In this document: one piece after another, positions 8,372 through 17,209 of the stretch
How the letters are laid out: each line of letters begins with the position of its first letter
How positions within the stretch are numbered: the stretch's first letter is position 1
Assembly: GCA_038227875.1 (NCBI GenBank)
Contig: JBBRPR010000002.1
Span: 32,001-96,000 of the forward strand
Direction of reading: 5' to 3'
DNA: 64,000 bases
Origin: Planctomycetota bacterium
GTDB lineage: Bacteria; Planctomycetota; SZUA-567; H5-PLA8
Made by a program: the position numbers and the translations under genes
The notes under the pieces: generated by a model
What the model saw: the letters and a program-made list of their open reading frames with translations, nothing else
Told to the model about the DNA's origin: nothing
Databases searched by the model: none

Positions 8372-10729
8372 ATGCATCGATTTTCTGCGGCCGGAGTCCT
8401 GGCGATCTGGATTGGCGCGCTGATGTTCAGCTGCACGGCACAGGACGAGACGCTCGTCCCCGAAATCGGCGGGCCGAATCTCGTCGCCAACGGCGACTTC
8501 GACGTTCCGGGCGACGGCGTAAAGTGCCCGTTCTCATCGTGGACGGGCCGTTCGGGGCAGGGTGGGCAATATACATTCAAATTAGTCGCCGGCCGCACGG
8601 TCAAGGCGGCGCAGATCGAAGGCACGGTCGCCGGTCGTGGCGACATTCACACCACCGACGGCTTCACCGTCCCCGCCGGAGAAACAGTGCGACTGCGCTT
8701 CTGGTCGCGCGCCGAAAATATGAAGGGCGGCGCGTTCGTCAATCTCGAAGGCGAACCCAACGACGACGGCTGGTTCAAGCTCAACATCGACCCGTCCGCC
8801 GATTGGAAGCTTCACGAAGTCCGCGTCAAAGTGCCGAAGGGCGCGAAGGGCCAGCTCACGCCGCGCATCTCGCTCTGGATCTATCACTTCGGCACCGGTT
8901 CACTGTTCATCGACGATCTTTCACTCTGCGTCGTCAAGCCCGACCCCGCGGGCGTGGCGCGGCAGGAGCTCGATCGTCTGCGCGTCTGGCTCCACAGTGC
9001 CACGGACGCGAAATCGAAAGCCGACGCCGCATCGCTGAACGCGCGCCTGGACGCCGCGCTCGCGGATCCGAAACCCGAGACCGTTGAGCCGCTACGCAAG
9101 GACGTGCTCGCTGCCATCGGTGCCGGTCAGGGCAGCGATGGCAGTTTCGCCGTCGGCGTGGCGACGTCGCTCGAAAAAGTTTTTCTCGACGAGCCCTACC
9201 GCGGCGCAATCGCACCCGCGCTACAGCTGTCGCTGGCGCGCAACGAATCTGAAAGCGCTCAGGCCATCATCATTTCCACGGGCAAGGAACTGAGCGGGCT
9301 TACAGTCGAGATCGCCGGCGATCTTACGAACGAGAAGGCAGCGACCTTGCCCAAGTCGCAGGTGCAGTTCAATCTCGTCGGTTACGTGGACACGTCCAAA
9401 GGCCAGCGCCCGTACCAGTCGTCGAAGCTGGGCTGGTGGCCGGACCCGCTGCTGCCCAACGCACCCTTCACCGTGAAGGCCGGAGAACTGCAGCCCATCT
9501 GGATCACCGTGACGACCACGGCTCAGAATGTGCCGGGCACATTCAACGGCAAAGTATTGATCAAATCCGCTGGCACGATTAGAGCAACCTTGCCGCTGGT
9601 GGTCGAAGTCTTCAACGTGACGCTGCCGCAAAAACCGGTGTTCGCCACCTTTGCGCTCGGCGCGTCGCCGGACGTCGTGGCGAAATTTTATGGCGGCGAT
9701 CCCGGCGAGAAAATCATGGAACGCTTCGCCGTCCTCGCCGCTCAGCGCCACCTGCCTCCCGTGGGTCTGCTCAATGGCTGGAACTGGAAGGCGCCGAAGT
9801 ATCCCAACAAACCCGACGGCAGTTTCGACTTCGCGCGCCTGGACCGCTGGATCGATGTCCTTAAGTCCAACGGACTGACGCGCTTTCCCATCGCCGTGGC
9901 GCCGCGTTTCAAGAAATTCGGCGGCGGCGAATACTCCAGCGACTTCAAACGGGAACTCGGAGCATTCGTTCACGCCTATGCCGAACACCTGAAGGAAAAG
10001 CAGGTGTTCGACGGCGCGCTCTTTTACAACATCGACGAGGCCAGCGAAGGTCTGGGAGAATGGGAAGTCTGCAAGGCGCTTCACGCCACGGTCAAACTGG
10101 AGGCGCCTGGGCTGCCCGTCGTCCAGTGTCTCAACGAATTCAAAGGCGTCACGGCCCTCGCCGGCCACGCCGACATCTGGGATCTCTACTTCGGCCAGTA
10201 CGATCAGGCTGGCGGTCCGGCACGGCAGAAAGCCGGCGACGCCATTTTTCTCTCCGTCTGCGTCTGGCCCAGCGAGCATCCGAATCTGTTCATTGAATAC
10301 CCGGCCCTCGACGCGCGCATCATGCCGTGGATCTGCCAGCGCATGGGCGCGAAAGGTTCGGAATACTGGGACCTCTTCGCTGGCTGGAATGAAAACGCCG
10401 CCAACCCCGATTGGTGGAAATCCGGCGACGGCACGCGCACCGCTTGGAAACTCCTCGCGCCCACTGGCGATGGCCTGATGATTTACCCCGGACCCAACGG
10501 CCAGCCGATCTCCTCGATCCGCCTCGAAGCCTACCGCGATGGCGTGGAAGACTACGGCTATCTCTCGCTGCTCGCCGATAGATCAAAAACCGATGCCGCC
10601 GCCGCCGCGCTGCTGAAGGAGGCTACGCATAGCCTGGTCACGGGCGTTACCTCGTACGATCTCGATCCGAAGAAGCTGCTGGGGCTACGCCAACGCATCC
10701 TGCAATGCCTGTCCACGCATGGGGAGTAA
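8372..10729 (+). CDS. Secreted putative glycoside hydrolase: CBM-like N-domain plus GH123-like/DUF4091 domain
   Basis: Signal peptide; NLVANGDF carbohydrate-binding start; LARNESESAQ; WPDPL; DE catalytic pair; SSIRLEAYRDGVEDY. Confidence 0.75.
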   Translation: MHRFSAAGVLAIWIGALMFSCTAQDETLVPEIGGPNLVANGDFDVPGDGVKCPFSSWTGRSGQGGQYTFKLVAGRTVKAAQIEGTVAGRGDIHTTDGFTVPAGETVRLRFWSRAENMKGGAFVNLEGEPNDDGWFKLNIDPSADWKLHEVRVKVPKGAKGQLTPRISLWIYHFGTGSLFIDDLSLCVVKPDPAGVARQELDRLRVWLHSATDAKSKADAASLNARLDAALADPKPETVEPLRKDVLAAIGAGQGSDGSFAVGVATSLEKVFLDEPYRGAIAPALQLSLARNESESAQAIIISTGKELSGLTVEIAGDLTNEKAATLPKSQVQFNLVGYVDTSKGQRPYQSSKLGWWPDPLLPNAPFTVKAGELQPIWITVTTTAQNVPGTFNGKVLIKSAGTIRATLPLVVEVFNVTLPQKPVFATFALGASPDVVAKFYGGDPGEKIMERFAVLAAQRHLPPVGLLNGWNWKAPKYPNKPDGSFDFARLDRWIDVLKSNGLTRFPIAVAPRFKKFGGGEYSSDFKRELGAFVHAYAEHLKEKQVFDGALFYNIDEASEGLGEWEVCKALHATVKLEAPGLPVVQCLNEFKGVTALAGHADIWDLYFGQYDQAGGPARQKAGDAIFLSVCVWPSEHPNLFIEYPALDARIMPWICQRMGAKGSEYWDLFAGWNENAANPDWWKSGDGTRTAWKLLAPTGDGLMIYPGPNGQPISSIRLEAYRDGVEDYGYLSLLADRSKTDAAAAALLKEATHSLVTGVTSYDLDPKKLLGLRQRILQCLSTHGE

Positions 10730-10923
10730 TATTCGCCCGATCTTAAGCCCTACGGTTTCATTTCGGTAGGCTATGTCTGATTCACGAGTGTAGTCACGCC
10801 GACGCCCCCGTTTAAACGTACCTATACAACGCACACGTTATTCACCTTGGCGCATTAAGTGCGACGGCCTGTTGTCTGGATTCGTGAGACATGTTGCTTG
10901 CACCGAATATGACCGGGGGAGAT

Positions 10924-12699
10924 ATGGCGACTATTATGCAGAACGAGGCGCAACACGAGTGTGTATTTCTGCCTCGCTATGAGCTTGCTATAAAAGGCGC
11001 CGACGATGGGTTGTGGGATTGGGATCTGAAAACAGGCGACCTTTTTCTGTCGTTGCGCTGGAAAAGCCTGTTGAGCTTTACCGATCATGAATTCCAGAAC
11101 AACATCGACCATTGGTTCTCGATGGTTCATCCCGAAGACATCAAACGCCTCTTATCCGCTCTGGAATGTCATATTCAACAGCGCACCAGTCAGGTCCACT
11201 GCGAATACCGCATGTTGAACAAGAATGGAAAATTTCAATGGATGCTCACCCGCGGCATGGCCGCCCGCGACAATGCCGGTGAGGCGTACCGCATGGCCGG
11301 CACTCAAACGGAAATCACCGCCCGCAAGAACATGGAGCTGAAACTCAATCACGATGTCTTCCACGATTCGCTCACCGATCTCCCCAACCGCGCGCTGTTC
11401 ATGGAGCGGTTGAAGCATGCCATGACCCGCATCGGCCGCCGCGATGGCGTGCATATCGCGGTGCTCTTCATCGATCTGGACCGCTTCAAAATCGTCAACG
11501 ACAGCCTCGGGCACAGTGCCGGCGACCAGTTGCTGGTCGAATTTGCGCGCCGCGTCGCGGCCTGTCTGCGCCCCAGCGACACACTCGCGCGGCTGGGCGG
11601 CGATGAATTCTGCGTGATCATCGAAGACATCGTCAACATCGACGAAGCCAATCTCGTCGCCAGCCGGATTCAGGAACAGTTCAAGCAGCCGATCACGGTA
11701 AAAGACAACGACCTGTTCGTCACCGCCAGCATGGGCATCGCGCTGAGCACGCCCAACTACCACAGTTGGGAGGATCTGCTGCGCGACGCCGATATCGCCA
11801 TGTATCGCGCCAAGACCAAGGGGCATTCGTGTTTGGAATCGTTCAACGAGGACATGCACGCGCATGCCAAAACCGTTCTGAATCTCGAAAGCGGCCTTCA
11901 TCACGCCGTCCGGTCCATCTCGGCCACCGCCAGTGGCCTGCACCGCGCCGTCGAGTCGAAGGAATTCCAGCTCGACTACCAGCCCATCGTTTCGCTGCCG
12001 ACCGGCCGCATCACCGGTTTTGAAGCGCTGATCCGTTGGCAGCATCCCAAGCGCGGCCGCGTGCTGCCCAACCTCTTCATTCCCATCGCCGAAGAGACGG
12101 AATTGATCGTTCCCATTACGTTCTGGGTCCTGCGCGAAGCCTGCACGCAGATGCTCAACTGGCAGAAGAAGTACCCCAAGCTTGCCACGGTAAGCATGAA
12201 CGTGAACCTCTCGGCAAAGTCCTTTGGGCAGGCCGATCTCATTCCGCAGATCGCCGCCATCCTTCAGGAGACCGGTCTGAAAGGCTCGAGCTTAAAGATC
12301 GAAATCACCGAACGGGTGATCATGAAAAGCTCCAACGCCACCGCCAACGTGCTCTCGGATCTGAAGAGCCTCGGCGTACAACTGTGCCTCGACGATTTCG
12401 GGACGGGCTATTCGTCGCTGAGCTACCTGCACAGTTTCCCGCTGGACGCCGTGAAGATCGACCGCTCGTTTGTCAGTAAATTGAGCAACGAAGAGAGCAA
12501 GACCAAAGGCATCATGCGTGCCATCATGATCCTCGCGCGCAATTTGAAGATGTCAGTCGTCGCCGAAGGCGTTGAAACGATTGAACAGCTCCGCGAACTG
12601 CGTAAACTCAACTGCGATTACGCCCAGGGCTATTTGTTCTCCCGGCCCGTCGAAGCCCCTGTGATTGAGAAGCTGATCGCGACGAACGCGGTCTGGTAG
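10924..12699 (+). CDS. PAS-GGDEF-EAL diguanylate cyclase/phosphodiesterase
   Basis: GLWDWD/VHPED PAS motifs, intact [18 protein letters not shown] and EGVE. The ORF is open from 10891. Confidence 0.95.
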   Translation: MATIMQNEAQHECVFLPRYELAIKGADDGLWDWDLKTGDLFLSLRWKSLLSFTDHEFQNNIDHWFSMVHPEDIKRLLSALECHIQQRTSQVHCEYRMLNKNGKFQWMLTRGMAARDNAGEAYRMAGTQTEITARKNMELKLNHDVFHDSLTDLPNRALFMERLKHAMTRIGRRDGVHIAVLFIDLDRFKIVNDSLGHSAGDQLLVEFARRVAACLRPSDTLARLGGDEFCVIIEDIVNIDEANLVASRIQEQFKQPITVKDNDLFVTASMGIALSTPNYHSWEDLLRDADIAMYRAKTKGHSCLESFNEDMHAHAKTVLNLESGLHHAVRSISATASGLHRAVESKEFQLDYQPIVSLPTGRITGFEALIRWQHPKRGRVLPNLFIPIAEETELIVPITFWVLREACTQMLNWQKKYPKLATVSMNVNLSAKSFGQADLIPQIAAILQETGLKGSSLKIEITERVIMKSSNATANVLSDLKSLGVQLCLDDFGTGYSSLSYLHSFPLDAVKIDRSFVSKLSNEESKTKGIMRAIMILARNLKMSVVAEGVETIEQLRELRKLNCDYAQGYLFSRPVEAPVIEKLIATNAVW

Positions 12700-12706
12700 G
12701 TTCTCG

Positions 12707-14317
12707 TCATTTCGGCCAGGCATTCAAGCGGATCACGCGAATGTGCTTGGTCGTCCACGAGACCCCGCTCGCGTCGCCGATGCTCTTTGCAAAAATGTGG
12801 AGCACCAGACCGTTGATCGTGTCGGCACCGGATCCGGGTTGGCTGTACGAAATTTTTTCGTCCATCGTGTACTGCGCCAGTTTGCCCGTGCGGTCGACGA
12901 TGAAGCGGTTCACGGCGTTGTTGGATGTCGTGGTCTCCGTTTTTTCCGTCCCCGGACCTCCCGAAGCCAAATGCTCCATCGGACCGTTCGGCACCCGCCG
13001 GGCCTGGGTGAACAGGGCCAGCTGATGGCCGTGGCCATCCAATAGTTCGATGCCAACTTCGTACGCGCCGGTGAAACTCATTTCGTTATCCAGATCGATT
13101 TCGACCGGTCGCTCATCCAGTGCGATCACTTTTGAAAACAGTCCGACTTCCGGAAACAGCCGCTCGTGCGTGAGCAGCCGGGTGGCCTGGTTGCCACCGG
13201 ACATCATGTTGAGCTTCGACTGATCGATCTGCCAGATCGTGTAGCCCAGCTTCGGCGGCGGATAAACGCGCGCCCAGAATTTATCCAGCTCCGGCTTTTC
13301 GAACCGGTCTTCGTAAATCAACGCTAACTCGCGCACCGGCGGCGTCGCTTCAGCCGGAGTTTGCGGCGAAGCGATCGGCATCGCGACGGATTGCGTTTGC
13401 AGCGGCGAGGCAGCCGGCGCATTTGCGGACGTATTCACGGCCGTGTACGCCAGCAGTCCCAGGATCACCACCAGCGCGGCCGCGCCCGATGCGATCAGCG
13501 CCTTCGAAAGCGGCGCGGGGCCCTTCGGCACCAGCCGCATGCTCTGAGCGGCGTGGTTTGGCAACTTCAATAATTTTTCGTGGCAGCGCGCCAGCAGCGG
13601 GCCGTCTTCCGTGGCCAGTTTCATCGCCAGTAGCACCGCCCACGACGCGGGCAGCGCGGAGTATCCGGCCTTGCGCAGACCATTGCGCAAATAGTCTAGC
13701 GCTTCGTTGATGCGCGTCGAGACGGTCACCTGGCTGCAATGAAGTTCCGCGGCGATCTCCGTCTGCGGCAGGTTGGCGGAAAAATAGAGCGCGATGGGGA
13801 CGCGCAGTTTTTCGGGCAGTTCGCGCACCAGCTCGGCGACCTTCTGACGCGCTTCTTCCATCTGCGCGGAATCCTCGGCGGCGGTCCCGCCCGCTCCGCC
13901 GGTTCGTTCGCTCTCTGTCTGCATGCGTTGAATCTCGCGCCTTTCACTCCTGCGTTTGGTATTGATGTGAATGGCCTTGCGTGCGACGACCGTGGCAAGC
14001 CAGCCGGCGATGCTGCTTTTGCGCAGGCTTTTCTTGCGCACGGCGCGGAAGAAACTCAAAAAAGCTTCCTGCACGATCTCTTCCGCGTCGTTGGGTCCGG
14101 CCATGTGCCGCGCCAGCCCGAACACCCGGCGCTCATGCCGTTCGACCAGCGTGCGCCACGCCTCCAGAAACGCCGGGTCGTCACACGACTCCGCCGCGGA
14201 GAGAATGTGGATCAACTCCGCATCGCCGCGTCCGGTTTCGGCCGCGACCGAAGCTTCGGTCAGGTGTGTGTCGCCCATTTCAGTCATCCGTTTACTGGAG
14301 CACGTTCGCGCCAACAA
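12707..14317 (-). CDS. ECF sigma-70 factor with transmembrane helix and extracytoplasmic C-terminal domain
   Basis: Region 2 DAEEIVQEAF...GWL, region 4 LPEKLR...EIAAELHCSQVTVSTRI, TM ALIASGAAALVVILGLLAY. The true start may be 14287 or 14278. Confidence 0.85.
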   Translation of the reverse strand: MLARTCSSKRMTEMGDTHLTEASVAAETGRGDAELIHILSAAESCDDPAFLEAWRTLVERHERRVFGLARHMAGPNDAEEIVQEAFLSFFRAVRKKSLRKSSIAGWLATVVARKAIHINTKRRSERREIQRMQTESERTGGAGGTAAEDSAQMEEARQKVAELVRELPEKLRVPIALYFSANLPQTEIAAELHCSQVTVSTRINEALDYLRNGLRKAGYSALPASWAVLLAMKLATEDGPLLARCHEKLLKLPNHAAQSMRLVPKGPAPLSKALIASGAAALVVILGLLAYTAVNTSANAPAASPLQTQSVAMPIASPQTPAEATPPVRELALIYEDRFEKPELDKFWARVYPPPKLGYTIWQIDQSKLNMMSGGNQATRLLTHERLFPEVGLFSKVIALDERPVEIDLDNEMSFTGAYEVGIELLDGHGHQLALFTQARRVPNGPMEHLASGGPGTEKTETTTSNNAVNRFIVDRTGKLAQYTMDEKISYSQPGSGADTINGLVLHIFAKSIGDASGVSWTTKHIRVIRLNAWPK

Positions 14318-14422
14318 AAGGGTAGTGTGGACTTCTCTTCTCGTTAACGGAGGAATTTGGAAGAATTCGAAGATTTAGTTATCTGAGCCTTAAACCGGCA
14401 GAAACTTCCCGCGCATGTTGGG

Positions 14423-14489
14423 TTTTAACCAGGGCACCAATTGGTGCCCAGGTAGCCTTGCCTACCCCCAAGCCCCGGGGCCTGAGGGT
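14423..14489. promoter_or_regulatory. Tandem pair of 26-bp ACC-N20-GGT palindromes preceded by TTTTA
   Basis: 14428 ACCAGGGCACCAATTGGTGCCCAGGT and 14464 ACCCCCAAGCCCCGGGGCCTGAGGGT, between the divergent ECF genes. Confidence 0.7.
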
Positions 14490-14657
14490 ACCTCCCAAAT
14501 TGTTTTCAGATTCCGTTGGTAAAGAAAATTCTCATCCGGATAGGTAGGTGAGAAACGGCGGACGCGCCAAGTCAGGCGGATCAAAGTGGGGCAAGTCATG
14601 CTAAGATTCCCAGCTGAGACGCAAACCCGGCGCGCGCCGCCTATACAGGCACAGGGC

Positions 14658-16106
14658 ATGGCCATCGAACTCAGCGACGACGAACTGCTCGTGAGTATCG
14701 CGCAGGAACGCAGCCAGGAAGCGTTTGCGGAGCTGCACCGCCGTTACGCGCACCTCTGTTTCAACGTGGCGCTCAACACCACCGGAAACCGTTCGCTGGC
14801 CGAAGAGGCGCTCCAGGAAGCGCTCCTGCAAATCTGGCTTTCGGCCGGGTCGTATCAACCCGGCAACGCCCGCGGCTGGATTCTCCGGATCGTCGCGCAC
14901 GAAAGTCTGGATCTGGTTCAGACGCAGCAAAAAGGAAAAAAACGGATGGAGGCGGAGATCTCCCGAAACGAATCGAGCGGCTCTGCGGGCATCGCGGAAC
15001 ACGCCGAACACGGCGAGTTGCTGAATGCGCTGCGCCGGGTCCTGCACGACCTTCCCGCGCGCGACCGCCAACTGGTCGCGCTTCATTTTGGAGCGGGGCT
15101 GACGCAGCAGGAAATCAGCGCCGCGCTGGTGATGCCGCAGCAGACGATCTCGTTCAAAATCAAGAAGGTCCTCGACGATCTGCGCGGCCGGCTGGCGGTT
15201 GCCGGCTTTGCCGCCACAGCCCCGCTGCTCTCCGCCGAATGGATGAGCGAAGCGATCTGCAGCGGCGTGCCCGAACCGCAGGGTGTGGGCGTCCAGGTGC
15301 TCTCGAAACTCGCCTCAAAGAGTCGCGCCATGCGCAGCGCGCCGAAGCTGGCCAAAGCGGCGAAGGTAGCCGGCATCAGCAAAGGTCTGCTGGTGGGCGG
15401 AGCGGTCCTGATGGCCGGCGCGCTGGCGACAGCCGCATGGTTTGCGACCGCGAAGTCCGCTCCGCAGACGCCGGCTGTCCTCGTGCCGATAGTCCCAGCG
15501 AAGGATGAAATTTCGCAACGCTGGTCGTTCGACGACGGCATCCCGACGGACCTTTCGCCGGCCGACGCAGCGACCCGGAGCAAATGGCAGTGGAAAAAGA
15601 CGGAGGTCGGCGGCGAGTTGGTTTCGCCGGTGCCGGTGGTGCTGAATCTGCCGATCACCGCGCCCAAGCAACCGTTCGCCATCACCGCGCACTTTGATAT
15701 CCAGGAAAGTCCGCACAACGTCTTCAGTGGTGCGTGCTGGAGGGCTGACCACAAGGCTGTGCCCATGCACGAATGGTCGATGACCAAAGACTACACCAAA
15801 AAGGAGCGACCCAAGACGGTCGTGCACACCGTTTACTTTTTTGACCGGACGATCGTCGACATCGTCGATGGTTCTCTGTCAAAAGTGTCGCAAGCCGAGC
15901 AGCCGTATCCGACCGACAAAGTCAGCCTGATCTTCATGAAGTGCGGTCTGTTGGACCTGGAGTACCACACGCTGTCGGAAGCGGAACGCGCGACGCTGGA
16001 CGCCAAGAAACTGATCGACCAGGCCGTTGCCGGTGGCTACGACCAGGCGGATATCCCGGCGCTCGAACTGCGTTCGGACTGGCTGGACGAGAAGAAGAGC
16101 AAGTAA
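14658..16106 (+). CDS. ECF sigma-70 factor with transmembrane helix and extracytoplasmic C-terminal domain
   Basis: SDDELL...EAFAELHRRY, AEEALQEA, GWILRI, region 4 LPARDR...GLTQQEIS, TM GLLVGGAVLMAGALATAAWF. The ORF is open from 14586. Confidence 0.87.
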   Translation: MAIELSDDELLVSIAQERSQEAFAELHRRYAHLCFNVALNTTGNRSLAEEALQEALLQIWLSAGSYQPGNARGWILRIVAHESLDLVQTQQKGKKRMEAEISRNESSGSAGIAEHAEHGELLNALRRVLHDLPARDRQLVALHFGAGLTQQEISAALVMPQQTISFKIKKVLDDLRGRLAVAGFAATAPLLSAEWMSEAICSGVPEPQGVGVQVLSKLASKSRAMRSAPKLAKAAKVAGISKGLLVGGAVLMAGALATAAWFATAKSAPQTPAVLVPIVPAKDEISQRWSFDDGIPTDLSPADAATRSKWQWKKTEVGGELVSPVPVVLNLPITAPKQPFAITAHFDIQESPHNVFSGACWRADHKAVPMHEWSMTKDYTKKERPKTVVHTVYFFDRTIVDIVDGSLSKVSQAEQPYPTDKVSLIFMKCGLLDLEYHTLSEAERATLDAKKLIDQAVAGGYDQADIPALELRSDWLDEKKSK

Positions 16107-16191
16107 ACGCAACTTCAGTGGCTGAATTTTCCGAGCCGTTTTCGGCGCGGTAGGTGGCGCATTGTCGCTGCACAAAGGAAGGTCTGCTTGC

Positions 16192-16252
16192 TTTTAACCA
16201 TCAGGAAAATTTTCCTTAAGGTTCCGACCGTGTTGACCATGGTCAACAGGGT
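16192..16252. promoter_or_regulatory. Tandem pair of 26-bp ACC-N20-GGT palindromes preceded by TTTTA
   Basis: 16197 ACCATCAGGAAAATTTTCCTTAAGGT and 16227 ACCGTGTTGACCATGGTCAACAGGGT, about 100 bp upstream of the FeeM-like gene. Confidence 0.7.
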
Positions 16253-16354
16253 TCCCGCTCGCTCAACTTTTTCTAAAGATTCTGCCTTTAGCCGTTCGCG
16301 AACCCAGCACTTCCATCTAGAAGCGCACCGAGAGTCGAACCACGGAGGCCAGCC

Positions 16355-17209
16355 ATGCTTTACGCGGAAGACGAGAAGATTTTGGGGTTGAACCGAGTCC
16401 GTCGCCCATCGGCGGTGTCGCAGGCCCTGCGGGCTATTCGGGACGACGTCAGCATTGGCCGCCAATCCTGGCTGGCCGACGGTTACCGCATTCTCGTCGC
16501 CGCCGACCGCGAAACGCGCGAACGCGCGTACACGCTGGCGCACCGCGTCTACCAGCGTGCCGGTTACGTTTCCGAAAGTAGCGAGGAACTCTGTGTCTCG
16601 CCGCACGATGCCTCCGAACACACGCTGACCTTGCTGGCGCTGGATCCCGACGGCAACGATTGCGCGACGATCTCGCTGGTCTTTGATTCGGCCATCCACG
16701 GACTGCCCTGCGATGAAATCTACCGCGCCGAAGCCGACGTTCTGCGCGCCGGCGGCTGCCGCCTGGCCGAAGTCACGCGCCTGGCCATCGACGAATCCTG
16801 CGTAGGCGCCAAGCACCTGCTGCTCCACCTCTTCAACCAATGTTACATCTTCGCGCGCATCGTCCGCGGGCACACCGATCTGCTGGTCGAAGTCAATCCG
16901 CGGCACGTCGCCTACTACAAGCGCCTGCTGCGCTTCTCGGTCGCCGGTCCGGAACGTCCGTGCTCACGCGTTCAAAATGCGCCGGCGCTGCTGCTGCGCT
17001 TAAACTTCGACGAGATCGAAGCAGCCGTAAAAGGCACCGGCTGCACCGGCGGCCGTGGCGCTGACGGCAAACGGTTGCATGCCTATCCGTACTCCAAACC
17101 GGAAGAAGACGCCGTCGCGCGCTTCCTGGCCCGACAGCACCGCCCCATGTCCGCCGAAGACGCGCGCTACTTCCGCCTGCAGAGTCTGTCCAAGGAGTCT
17201 CGCCAGTGA
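16355..17209 (+). CDS. N-acyl amino acid synthase, FeeM-like GNAT
   Basis: AYTLAHRVYQRAGY, TISLVFDS..GLPCDEIY, AEVTRLA, VNPRHVAYYKRLLRF and APALLL; GGAGG SD. Confidence 0.8.
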   Translation: MLYAEDEKILGLNRVRRPSAVSQALRAIRDDVSIGRQSWLADGYRILVAADRETRERAYTLAHRVYQRAGYVSESSEELCVSPHDASEHTLTLLALDPDGNDCATISLVFDSAIHGLPCDEIYRAEADVLRAGGCRLAEVTRLAIDESCVGAKHLLLHLFNQCYIFARIVRGHTDLLVEVNPRHVAYYKRLLRFSVAGPERPCSRVQNAPALLLRLNFDEIEAAVKGTGCTGGRGADGKRLHAYPYSKPEEDAVARFLARQHRPMSAEDARYFRLQSLSKESRQ

